From: Octopus vulgaris
Taxonomy: Eukaryota
Direction of reading: 5' to 3'
Length of the DNA: 64,000 bases
Assembly: GCA_951406725.2 (NCBI GenBank)
Contig: OX597821.1
Span: forward strand, 52,390,001-52,454,000
How positions within the stretch are numbered: the first letter of the stretch is position 1; every line of letters begins with the position of its first letter. The notes under the pieces were generated by a model, which saw only the letters and a program-made list of their open reading frames with translations, ran no database searches and was not told where the DNA came from. Positions 1 through 11,919 of the stretch are shown here, one piece after another. The position numbers and the translations under genes were made by a program.

Positions 1-347
1 TTGAGAACTCGGAGTTCATACCTCTTCGTTTGAGTCACCCCGGCGAAAACTCCTCGTATCTTTTATATGTGAATTGATATTAAACAACAATGGTTCAAGT
101 AACGGATTCAATGATAGCTAAATTTTAAATTTCTGAAGGAAAACTGCATTTCTAGGGTTTTCAGGTAAATCTACATCCTAAGTACTTAGAGTGGTTATTG
201 ACTGCTAAGAAACCTTATGGTCTGTGTACATGAATGTGCATGACTTTATATAAAATGTGTGTGCATGAATGTATGCATACATGTTCGCCATGATAGATCG
301 CTAGCCACTACACTTTCTTTATTTTCTCTCCTTGTTTCTTTCTGTTC

Positions 348-383
348 CTTTCTATGGAAGAGCGTAGGCTCGAAATGTTAAAG
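348..383 (+). ncRNA. Degenerate minimal hammerhead ribozyme motif in a PLE-type 3' repeat
   Basis: cttt-CTATGGA-a-GAGC gtag GCTC-GAAA-tg-TT-aaag. Same family as 15228-15263 but with core and stem III substitutions. Confidence 0.45.
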
Positions 384-855
384 ACATTTTCATTCATTTA
401 GTTGTCCACCGACAAATGACAATTTTGTGAATGGTTACATATATGTTTCACGTGACTATAAAACTCCGCGTCATGAATGCTTCAGTTAAACATTTTTTGC
501 GAATAAACATAAACACCCACATAAAAATACATACACGCATACACGTTATTACTATATTTCCACATAGAGAACCACATTAGGCAAAGTACTTAAAGCTTTC
601 AGTAGAGTGGAAACTTTAATGCTTCTTAGGATTGAATTTGCAGTCGAGCGTTTCCATCAGCACTTCTGAGTAAAGTTATTTTTAAGTTGCTTTCGCAAAA
701 ACTCTAGATATGACGAAGCAACTTTGCTTACGCATATACAATGTTAACACATTCTGTATACATCTAGCATAAATATGTAATGTGTCCATGTGTGATTCTG
801 TACCAAATATGAGTAAACGCCATCTATATCTATATATATATATATATGTGTTTAT

Positions 856-892
<37 letters not shown>

Positions 893-929
893 CATGTATA
901 TATACTATATTTATATATATGTTTTTCCC

Positions 930-1120
930 CAACCATCGCTTGACAACCGATGTTGTTATGTTTACGTTCCCGTAAGCTCGTGGTTCGGGCAAAGAGACCG
1001 AAAGAATAAGTGCTAGGTTTACAAAAAATAAACCCTGGCGTAAATTTCATCGACTAAAAGCCCTTTTCAGGTGATGTTCCTGCATGACCACAGTCAACTG
1101 AAATAAGTAAAAGAATAAAA
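930..1120 (+). mobile_element. SINE 3' fragment
   Basis: Ends in catgaccacagt..actgaaataagtaaaagaataaaa. Related tails recur at about 12490-12540, 24655-24697 and 39125-39160. Confidence 0.5.
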
Positions 1121-1319
1121 TATATATACACATATATACACACAAACATACGCGTGCATATACACACATACATACACACATATTATATAATTTTGCACAT
1201 GCACATCCACACACACACATGCAGACGCAGACGCACACACACACAGGCACACATACGTACTCATAGATTCACATATATACGTATATATGTTAAAAGTTGT
1301 GATATCTCACAAGACGTAC

Positions 1320-1458
1320 CGTCAGGTGGACATTTCGATCCATCATATCCGCATTCAGGTGTGTCTGGAGGAGGGAATTTTCTTCCACCTGCCCAGTGTA
1401 TGGTTCTGTTTGGCACAGGTACGTACTGTTTCTTATTGCCGAAATAATTAGCGACAAC
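1320..1458 (-). CDS. Internal exon of a receptor guanylate cyclase / natriuretic peptide receptor-like gene (juxtamembrane end of the ectodomain)
   Basis: Reads VVANYFGNKKQYVPVPNRTIHWAGGRKFPPPDTPECGYDGSKCPPD. The W..G..PPD.P.CG(F/Y)D...C motif is typical of NPR-A/B-type receptor GCs. Flanked by acceptor ttacag| (ct at 1459-1460) and donor G|gtacgt (ac at 1318-1319). 139 nt, phase 0 to phase 1. Confidence 0.9.
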
Positions 1459-4413
1459 CTGTAACGAAGAGTGATAAACCAGAACAGTAGTATACATTAT
1501 ATGTATTGTAAAATGTAATGAAGACTTAACGAAATATATCTATATAACTGGAATGAACAATTGAAGAAAACATTTAATATAAGATAGGTCTATGCATGAA
1601 CTGTAAAACAAAATTTTGATCAGAATCAAATATCCTCATGTAATGATAAATTATGTTTTTGTTACATTGTAGATGATTATATTAATGAAAAAAAAAAATG
1701 CTAACTCTGGATTGTGTGAAGGGTTCATGTTTAGATATTGACATTTTGAAACGAGGTTTGTATTTGAATAAAAATGCAATGTTTCTGTGGAACTCTGTAG
1801 CACCGAAAGCAACAGAGAAATTCTTACTGTAGAACAACGAAAATGTTATTTAGATTTTAGCCTTTGATGTTAAATTGAAATGAGTTATGTGCATATATAT
1901 TCTGCATTTATTCATTAGGTGAGAAGATAGACGCAGGTAAGAAGATGTGCAATAGTAGTTTGCCGAGGTACAATCGATAATACTATAGAACAACCAGATA
2001 AGGAAAGAAAAGGAATGCTTGTGCTGCAGTCGACGATAATGTAGAAAGCTTAGGTAATAAAAAAAGTTGATTTGTATATAGCTGAGAAGGTATGCGAAAG
2101 TACTTGTTTATGATTCACTAAAATATAGATGATTTTACTAGAAAGTTTTACAATCGAAGTGAATATAATGGTACATATAAATTGATAAATATTTGTGTTA
2201 TATGAATGATAGTGGAATGACACTGCTGGGAGAAAATCAGGGCAGAGTGAATGGCACAGTTACTAGAACTGGATGTCATTGGATTGGTAAAATAGGTAGA
2301 GCATCAACGTAATGGAGTGGTATAAACATAGATCGTTTTCCTAGAGGTAGACTGCTAACGCATGCCGGCAGTGAGTAAAGCAGTTGGTAGACTATAAGAG
2401 CAATGTGGTATCCTAGTCAGTCATATTAACGGGTAACTTTGAAATATAATAGCACCGACGGACAGAAGTAAATTTAAACAGTTATTCTCTCTCTCAAATT
2501 CTGTCCTTTTTTTGCCAGTATGAGAATATGTTACCTGAAATAGTTGGAGATATAACTAAAAGATCTATGTATTGACCTCTTAATCTACTTTCTTATGAAT
2601 ATCTAGCAAGTCTGTCCTATCATATCTCTTTATAGATATGTAAAATAATTTTCCTACTCTACAAATAGAATGGTTTCAGATTTTATATTGATTTTTATGA
2701 AACCATATTACTTCAAGAAATTATTTTATGGTTATTCTCATGTAAGAGAACAATTATAGATTTCCTTTTGAAACCATAGTCGTTGAAGAGCTTATTTTAT
2801 AACTTCTGTTATAGGCATAGAAATATTCATTTGTAATTCAGGGTTAAAACGTCACTTGAACTTTGGCTCAACAATATTATTTTTGAAGCTTGCAGTCCCA
2901 GTTTGTAATAAGCATCTTACTAATAAACAATAAGTTGCGAGGATATGTGAAATCGGAACATAATAGAAAACTTCATGACAATATGTTATTGTCACATTGA
3001 ACTTTAAATGGTATTTATTAATTAGAAATCATTACCCGTTAGATTCTGAAAACACACAAAAGCTTTGATAATTAATTTGAAAAACATTGTTTACTCTAAA
3101 CATTTCACGTAAATAGTTTTATGATTTTATAACCTTTCAAATAATTTCTTTAACCAGTTATAAATGCATTCAAAGAGTTTAATTAGTAGATATTTTCCAA
3201 AGCAATGCATTTTATGACAAATTATATATCTTGTCTTTTAGAGAAGATATTATTTAAACAAGGACAATTACTGTAATTTAAATAGTGATATTTAATTACA
3301 AATTAGCGCGCTTTGAAAAATACGAGTCGCAAATAACATACAAAACTAAACTAGGGGAATAAAATATTTAACTTGACGTTTTAGTAGTTTGTATGGAATT
3401 TCAGGAGAAACCTAAATTTAAAGGCTATATTTTTCTGAGTTTACATTCAATGTTTTGTTCATGTTCCTTTGGTTTTCTGTCCAGCAGCAATTTTTATTAC
3501 TAGTTATACTTTTTACTAGCTCATATTAAACAAGTGTGATTGCTTAATAATTCCTACTACAGTTACGCATATCTTATTGCCTTGAAGTTTTTAGCATGTA
3601 CAGTTGAAATATTGCTTCAACTATTTAAAGTAATAGAGAGCTACTTTATTCCATTAAGTCAACAAACACTGAGATTTAATCAACATTTTCTGATTTGAGA
3701 GAATCCTACTGTTCCACCCAAATATTACACATTAAACATCAACAAATTATCTACGTGTGTGATGAGAAATATGTGATCTATCGTTTGTATAGACCTGCTA
3801 ATTCTGTGAATAGGCATTACTCACTTGTCGTATCCTTTTCTGTATGTCAGCTGCGACAGATTTCCCACTCAGATTAAAAATTAAAATGATACATAGAATA
3901 CTATTTTGTTCTATCCCACATCAGTCTTGAAAAGATCTAATTTAATTATTTTGATCTAATTAATGAATTTAAAAGAAAAATCAATACTTTCTGGTGAAAG
4001 CATCTTTCAATATATAACAATCTAATAGAAACTGTAAGAACTATAAAATTTAGGTACTTTAATTAATTTTAAGGTAATAGTGATAATATTAATTTTACAA
4101 AGCATATGTAAAAATACAAGTGACGAGAATAAAAGTAAACTTAGGTAAAATTTTTGAAAACGTTCTTCGTTATCCACTTGTCTTATGCATCATACACAGA
4201 CAAATGCAAACACATACCCAACTCACGCACACCACACACATATAAATGTGTGTTTGTTTCTTATATGTGAGTGTGCATACGTGTGGATAAGTGTGCATGT
4301 GAGAGATAGATAGACAGACAAACAGATAGATAGATAGAGTGGGAGAGAGAATTTAACCCTCCTGTCAAGAAGATTCTATGAATGTTCTAGTTGTTCGATC
4401 AACTGAACTGGCT

Positions 4414-4827
4414 ATTTTTGAATTAACATACAGGTGGCTGAGTTCTCCACAGACTTATGTGCCCTTAGAATAATTCTGAAGCAAGTCAGCACGAGGGAAT
4501 ATGATGCTAGTAGGATATTTGAACTACAAGTAGGGTCAATGAGAAAAGACTTCTACATAATTCCAGTCGAATTTCAATTGATAGCTTCGATTAACTCGAG
4601 GATATGTTAAAACAGAAAATTTTTGAATTAACATACAGGTGGCTGAGTTCTCCAAAGACTTATGTGCCCTTAGAATAATTCTGAAGCAAGTCAGCACGAG
4701 GGAATATGATGCTAGTAGGATATTTATTTGAACTACAAGTAGGGTCAATCAGTAAAGACTTCTACATAATTCCAGTCGAATTTCAATTGATAGCTTCGAT
4801 TAACTCGAGGATATGTTAAAACAGAAA
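4414..4827. repeat. Tandem duplication, 205-bp period, two near-identical units
   Basis: atttttgaattaacatacaggtggctgag... starts at 4414 and again at 4619. The units differ by a few substitutions and a 4-bp indel. Confidence 0.9.
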
Positions 4828-5679
4828 TTTCTTCGAAATGCCAGATGCTGCACATGAACCTGGGATATCATCATTGTAAAGTAAAAGTGTTAACCTCTTG
4901 ACAATGCATGGGCCCATATCTATGTCTAACACAGACAAAACACACAGGTACAAGATATACACAGACAGACACAGACACTCAAACACACATATACAGACAC
5001 CATTATTTTCAAAAGATTTAATTCAACAAACAAAATGTTATTCAAGGCATTTAAATAATTTAGTTTTTAGTAGACATTCTTTTTGCTGTTTCTAAGTTTT
5101 TAAACTGTTTGGGATATCGAACACACAAAACGGTATAATGAGGGTAGTCTATTTACTTTTGAGATGTCTGAATCAGGCAAGATATCTTAACGGAAGCAAA
5201 TTTACATGGGCGGAAAGGCATTCTCTCCCGAAACTTTCCGTGTTTCTATGTATTTGTGGCCCACCCCTGTGTGCTAGTTTTCTGAAAATCTCACAGCTTG
5301 GAATATCTACAGACAGGTACATGTAATTCACAGTAATTTGTCATTATTACGTTTAATGTGTAGCTACTCATTGAATTTCATCCTTCTTTGAAGCACGAAT
5401 CAAGACTAGGTTTTCTTACATCCATTGGTGGTCTGTGCATTATGTATGGCTGTGACAGGACCGTCAGTGAGACTACGGGGAACATGCTTATCTAGACGCT
5501 TTCCGTTTGTGCGTTTTTCGTTCATGTACCGTCGATACATGGGTGGTGGAGTGTTGGTCTTGCCATCTTGCCAAGCAACTATGTTTCCGTCATATAAAGT
5601 AGGTAGGATAAGTGGGTACCACGAAACTAATCGCAGAAAACAAGGCAATTGTGCACGGTTAACTCCTCGACAATCAGTT

Positions 5680-5836
5680 CTACCTACCTACCTACCTACC
5701 TACCTACCTACCTACCTACCTACCTACCTACCTACCTACCTACCTACCTACCTACCTACCTACATACCTACCTACCTACCTACCTACCTACCTACCTACC
5801 TACCTACCTACCTACATACATACATACATACATACA
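5680..5836. repeat. (CTAC)n/(ATAC)n tetranucleotide microsatellite
   Basis: Direct reading; it produces the spurious LPTY ORFs. Confidence 0.95.
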
Positions 5837-7754
5837 TGCATGCATGAAATGTGGAATGTAGGTTGATTACCTATCGGAAATTGAATTCACACACATGGAT
5901 AGCTGGGAACCCCAAATAATGTATGTGAGTGTTTCATGTTTGTATAATCTATTATATATATTTACGTATGTGTATGTGAGTGATGTGTTATTCTCTCTCT
6001 CAGTATTTACGCGTGACTATGTATGTGAAGAATATTATACCTAGTAGATATTGTTTTTTTCTTAAATATCCGTTTATAGTGCCATATAATGAATATTTTA
6101 GAATTCTAATACTACTGTCAGTGAGTGCGAAAACGCAGATTGGTGAAGGAGACCATAGGCATTCAACATTAAACTGAAGCTATTCTTACTACTGAACTAG
6201 AAAAAAATAGATATAAAAAGCTAGCAAAAGTGAGAGAGAATATGTATAGTAAATGGTTAGAGATGAAAGCGTATAGAACATACGTCACTTCCTCAAAGAT
6301 CAACTATCCTAAAATATACATTACACATCATCATCTAATCTAAATAATATTTCTAATAAATACATTCATTATTTAAATGCGTTTAAAATAATTTCTCTAA
6401 TATTGTATATTTTATTCATATCATGGTTATTAAATAGCACTGAATACTTGGATATATTTAGATCTAAAGGCATTTAAACCAACAAAAACCTGCAGTAGTC
6501 TCAGTATTTACACCTATGATGATAGGTTCAATAAGTCTCATTATGAAATAATTAAATGAATGGCTGCGTTAAAATTTGTAGATGGTCTGTACTTTCTATG
6601 ACAAATTTGTTCGTTGGAACGTAAAAGCCAGTGATGTAGCGGTTGTAATATCAAGATTTTAGAAGTTTCTCCAGGCATAAAAAACATTTTTTTAGAAGAA
6701 ATCATTTCTTTGAGATTTCAATTTTGTAACTTCTAGGTTTTTTATAGCTGAAAGAAACCATTCGTGAAAATAATAGCCTGCAAGTGCATCTTAAAAGATA
6801 CCAAGTAATTTGCATTACACTTCAGTCGAGGTAACCAGATTAGTAAAAGTATGTATGTTGAGTTGTGGAACTTAAAACAGTTTCTTCTCATGAAAGCGAA
6901 ATATTCACCTTTGATTTTTCTGAAGATGTTTGATATTGCTGTATCATCACATATTTTGGAATATTACACCTACATAACTGCATTAAGTTCGTTTTATGGA
7001 GACGTAAAATGTAATAAAGTATATAAATACAATTTCGGTATTTGACTAAAGAATATATGCTTTGAAATGTGTTTGTCCTTCCGTTGCGAACTTACACTTT
7101 TTTATCACGGAAAAGTATTGTTTCCCAGCAGAAGTATTCTGTTGGGAACAGGTTTTATACGAGTTGGAATGAAGTATTTTAAAGTGTACATGTAAAGTTG
7201 TATTGCTATTTTACTAATTTAGCAATTCTAACGTGTATATGTTAACAAAAATCCATTATGGGTGCACAAGTAATTTGCCATTCATGGGTTCAACATTTTC
7301 CTTGAAGTTCATTCATCATCTGTAACGGTCATTTGATGGGATCATGGACACTGTGCGTCTAACGGTGGTGTAATGTATACTTCGATCAAGCACTACAGAA
7401 CCTGGCACATATCAGAAATGTTATTTCATTCTATACAAATCTACGAAGGTATTAGCGATACTGGCTTCAAATGTTGGCACAAGGCCAGTACTTTCATGGG
7501 AGGGGCAAATCAATGACCTCGATCTCAGTATTCAACTGGTAATTACTTTATCGGCTCCGACAGGATCAAGATTGTGTCAGCTCGCTGCTTTAAGAATATA
7601 TTAATGATATTGGAATGATCAGACACATATTTGAGAGTGTTTCACTAACTCAGAAAATAAATTTTACCTCAGAACTAAAAACTAACGGTGTATCAAAATA
7701 AACTATTGCAGAAAAATGCTACTAAAAGGTAGAATTACTGACCTCGAAATGACC

Positions 7755-8510
7755 TAGGCTTTGGAACAGCCACGAGGTATCGTTGAAGGTAAAAGTCGAC
7801 GTACATGAGTCAGAGGTTTTGACATCATTCCTTTACGGTGCTCAATCTTGGACCCTGTACAGGGAGCACATCAACCAGCTTGACGCTTTTCATATGCGAT
7901 GCTTGCGTACTATCTCCAACATAAAACAGAGTAACCATATTCGTAACAGTGAGGTGCTAACAAAATATAACATTTCAGCTATTGAACCCATCCTCGCCAA
8001 AATACAGCTTAGATGGTCAGTTCATCTGCTATGTATGTCTGATATCAGAATTCCGATGCAGCTTCTCTTTAGCTAATTTCCAATAGGAAGGTTAGTTGGA
8101 AGGCCACTCTTGAGCTTCAAAGACAAGCTAAAAGACAATCTGATGCAATGCCACAATACTTTTTCTTCCTGGAAAAAGCAAAGCATCAGAACACAGAACC
8201 TGGCAATAGTCCTGTTTCTAAGTTCAAAGATTTGAGCAAATCGGCTCCAACATCGGGACCAACTTCGTGCAAGCAAGAAGGCAGGCTGGCAAAACAATGC
8301 TCCTTTAAATGGAAACCTTAACAGTCATTTCTTTGTGATACTCAGCAAAGCAGGCCTTTCCGTCCACTCAAGAAAACACATAATAAATAATCCACAAAAG
8401 GTTTTGCAAGGCACCAGCAGACCTTAATAGATACATTCCTGTTCAGAGAACATGATTACTCCTTTTATTTCATTGTACACCCATTTGTCGTTCACGACGA
8501 GAGAATCCAT
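7755..8510 (+). mobile_element. Decayed RTE-clade (BovB-like) LINE, 3' part of the RT/C-terminal region
   Basis: LWNSHEVSLKVKV..LYGAQSWTLYREHINQLDAFHMRCLRTI..IRNSEVL..QLRWSVHL.CMSDIRIP.QLLF, then GRPLL.FKD.LK with stops and frameshifts. Ends at a (TA)n. Confidence 0.8.
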
Positions 8511-8730
8511 CATATATATATATATATAGTTAAGAAAGAAAATGGAGAGATTTAATGAATAAAATTAATTAATTAATCAAATGACCGATGAAAGTAATAT
8601 TTAGTGGGTAGGCCGCCCTAAAAGGAAATGAGGTGGCTGTGTTTATAGATGTCATGAAGGAGAAGACTTCCGGCAGTGGGTCCTTATAAATGGCGCATAG
8701 TGATTCAATGAGTCATTTACTATGACTTAC

Positions 8731-8822
8731 CTCAAACTTTCCAGTTAGAGGGTCCATATCCAGCAAGGAGTAGTCGGCACTCCTATCACCATTTTCATCA
8801 ATACTCACTGTGCCAGTGATAC
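8731..8822 (-). CDS. Upstream internal exon of the same receptor guanylate cyclase-like gene
   Basis: Reads (G)[30 protein letters not shown], matching the G(I/V)TG.V.ID.NGDR..D(Y/F)SL.DM motif of the ANF-receptor domain. Acceptor ttgcag| and donor GAG|gtaagt. 92 nt ending in phase 0, so it splices in frame to the 1458 exon. Too short for the ORF track. Confidence 0.9.
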
Positions 8823-9016
8823 CTGCAATTAGAAAGTTACATACATATATGAATAAACGATAAAAGTCAGGAAGTATGTTAGGTGAATATATTTATTTAC
8901 CGACTCGAAATTCATAGAATTACGGTCGTTTCGCCGCTCTTTCATGCAGTAATAATTTCTCCCAAGAGAAGCTTTCCGAGATAGCCACACCATTCTCTGA
9001 ATCCATATCTTATATA

Positions 9017-9088
<72 letters not shown>
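9017..9088. repeat. (TTA)n trinucleotide microsatellite, probably the tail of a minus-strand retroelement 3' UTR (9089-9255)
   Basis: Direct reading. Attribution as a retroelement tail is inference. Confidence 0.85.
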
Positions 9089-10609
9089 GAGAGAGAAGCG
9101 CGTGCCATCAAATTGATATAGGGGTACAAATATACAAATTATAATATACTCTTCATGACAACCGTTCTGATGAGGGTACACCAGGCACATGCATCACAGC
9201 CATATGTTGTGACATGGTGATTTCTTATCAAGATAAACAGCGTAAGACCTTGAAAGTAGGTTACTCTCCGTCAATCTTCACAAAAAATACGAACACAATG
9301 CAGTAGAAACATTAGGTTCATTGAGGTGCATCAGGTAGTGCAACAGAAACTCACTTGAAAGTACCAGAAAAAAATCTTATAGTAATAATATTTCATAGCT
9401 ATCAGTGATAAAATGGCACGTTCCCTTTCAATGAATCTAAATGAAGGCAATTAGACATTACTGTGAGTACTCTACAACCATTAATAATATCAATAATATA
9501 AGTGTAATAATATTTAGTATAGACTATTGAATTATTTCAGGTTTTTATATCGAACTGTCCAAAGTTGATATCAGTGAAGAATATCGAAGTTAGATCTTAT
9601 AACTTAGACTTGTCTCTATATACGAGTTTTGAAGGACAAACAGTTTTCTCCAATGTGACATATAATAAGTGATCGTTACAGACTCAAACCGAAATTCAAG
9701 GTGAAATTCAAAGAAAGTAAGTGTGAACAATGTGCATTTTACTGATTACTATAGAGATGTATCAGAAGGGTGAAGACGAGGTAGTTTTAACTATCTGTAG
9801 CATGCACTAAATGTTCTCGGTACACAAGTGTAATTTCAGCAGAAACCGTATTAAGAATATATATTTGAATGGTAAATGTTGTTGAATAAAAGATATAACA
9901 AATAATGGTGTAGTATAGAGTTAACATATTACTTTCAATAATAAAATATCATACTTAATAATAGATAACACCTTGGAATTTGTGCAGGAAGTTTGGCGTA
10001 TGAGAAGATATCAAAAGTTGTATCATTAAAAGGAAATGAATGTTGAATTCGTATATGTATTCATGTTCAGGGAAAGTTCAGTTTTGGTAACTTTCCTTGA
10101 TTTTCAGTATCTGTATTTCGGTGCTTCTAATAATACAATGCTCGAGGAGAAGTGAAAAACCATTGTTATAATCCGTTCATTAATTTTGTGACCCCATTTC
10201 TTAAGATGCTTGTTTATCGTCTTGAATCTGATTTCAGGTTAAGTAGCATATAATTACTTACACGCTGTTAGAGTCAATCATTTCTTTCTCTAAGACGTTT
10301 TTCATACCTCCAGTCACGGGTTCTTCTACCGACTACAAATTCTCAATTATGAAGACAACTAAACTTTTATCAAAGTCACAGTGTGGGGATAGTGAATGAG
10401 TAATTAGAAGGCTCCGAAGAAACAAACTGAAGTGTGTTTGATACAATTTAGTTTGCATTAATCAAAACAGACAGAGTAGAGTCAATTAAGTTCCAATCAA
10501 GACTAAATGTGGACATCATTTTATCAGTATCATACAAAATATTTGCAGACAAACGAGATGAATCACTTGGTGATAATTCTAGTATTTTCTTAGAATTTGT
10601 CCATTCAAA

Positions 10610-10720
10610 CCGTCAGAATCGTTAGCACACCGGCAGAAATGCTTGCCGGTATTACGTCAGTCTTTTCGTTCTGAGTTCAAAATCTACCGAGGTCAACTTT
10701 GTTACGTCGACCCCAGTGCA
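10610..10720 (+). mobile_element. SINE head fragment
   Basis: agaatcgttagcacaccgg...ctgagttcaaaatctaccgaggtcaacttt, containing a B-box-like GAGTTCAAA. Confidence 0.45.
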
Positions 10721-10860
10721 CGAGTCCAAAGATATAAGACAGATATAACTACACTTGGGTATGCATGTAAAACCTGCATCCCTCTACTAAATCGTCAGGT
10801 CAGATATTGACGAGGCAGGAACGGGAATGCCTCGTGAAAAATATCTGTTCCGACTTGGCT

Positions 10861-10967
10861 ATTTCTTACTGATGAATCTAAGGGCCTATGGTAGATTGGC
10901 TTGATTTAATTTAATCAGGTTAGTTTACCATTAAACAGTAGATGAAACGGTGCATCGTATAAGAAAT
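10861..10967 (+). ncRNA. Type I hammerhead ribozyme, copy 1 (intact core)
   Basis: Stem I ATTTCTTA/TAAGAAAT (8 bp). Core CTGATGA at 10869-75. Stem II ATCTA/TAGAT with a long inserted hairpin. GAAA at 10944-47. Stem III CGGT-gc-ATCG. Cleavage triplet GUA, predicted cut after 10959. Confidence 0.85.
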
Positions 10968-11351
10968 TACAGGGTAAATGTTTTTTAATTTTCTCCTGGT
11001 TTACGGAATTGATGTTATTTTGCGGTTGAAGCTTTTGGCTGTTATTTCTAGTGGGTGAATGGCCTATTATGGCCGTTCCTTGATTGTGATGTTGAACTTA
11101 AAAATGGTTTATGACTATTTAAATTTTTTCCCACTAGGCCGCTGGTGGCAAAAGAATTCTACAAAATTTTTTTGCCACCCTATATTGATTAATTATGAAT
11201 TTTCTGGTTAATTCCGTAATGGAATCGGCGGCTTATATTTATTTGCTGCCGATAAATTTGGCGCGAGTGCGACGATTTGAAAATTTTAGGTCAGATATTG
11301 ACGAGGCAGGAACGGGAATGCCTCGTGAAAAATATCTGTTCCGACTTGGCT

Positions 11352-11458
11352 ATTTCTTACTGATGAATCTAAGGGCCTATGGTAGATTGGCTTGATTTAA
11401 TTTAATCAGGTTAGTTTACCATTAAACAGTAGATGAAACGGTGCATCGTATAAGAAAT
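11352..11458 (+). ncRNA. Type I hammerhead ribozyme, copy 2 (intact core)
   Basis: Identical to 10861-10967. Predicted cut after 11450. Confidence 0.85.
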
Positions 11459-11576
11459 TACAGGGTAAATGTTTTTTAATTTTCTCCTGGTTTACGGAAT
11501 TGATGTTATTTTGCGGTTGAAGCTTTTGGCTGTTATTTCTAGTGGCTGAATGGCCTATTATGGCCGTTCCTTGATT

Positions 11577-11612
<36 letters not shown>

Positions 11613-11619
<7 letters not shown>

Positions 11620-11919
11620 ATCACGTGACCGACCAGGCTATCAGATACTGCTACACATCGCAGGAAACAATGCGCTTCGTATTGTTTTAGCCTTCAAATG
11701 ACGCCATCCCGCTGGCTAAGCGAGCAGGCCAACGGAAGAAAGAGTGAGAGAAAGTTTTGGCGAAAGAGTACAGCAGGGATCGCCACCACCCTCTGTCGGA
11801 GCCTCGTAGAACTTTAGGTGTTTTCGCTGAATAAACACTCACAACGCCCGGTCTGGGAATCGAAACCGCGATCCTACGAACGCGAGTCCGCTGCCTTAAC
11901 CACTGGGCCACTGCACCTC
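11613..11919 (-). mobile_element. tRNA-derived SINE, apparently full length
   Basis: Minus-strand head ggtgcagTGGCCCAGTGGttaaggcagcggactc...GGTTTCGATTCCcaga has A and B boxes. GC-rich body of about 300 bp. 3' end ggtcacgtgatcacgtg runs into (TA)n. Confidence 0.75.

Larger units (their letters stand above)
10797..11581 (+). mobile_element. Tandem hammerhead-containing repeat (retrozyme or PLE pseudo-LTR tandem), 491-bp period
   Basis: A 294-bp direct repeat at 10797-11090 and 11288-11581 (one mismatch seen). Each copy contains a hammerhead. No convincing protein coding. Ends at (TA)n. Confidence 0.8.

Noticed and set aside
8915-8955. Minus-strand CTGcATGA...GAAACGACCGTA hammerhead-like string
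   Set aside because: The core has an insertion and stem II cannot form.
9165-9190. CTGATGAG possible hammerhead core
   Set aside because: No stem II closed by GAAA and no stem I partner.
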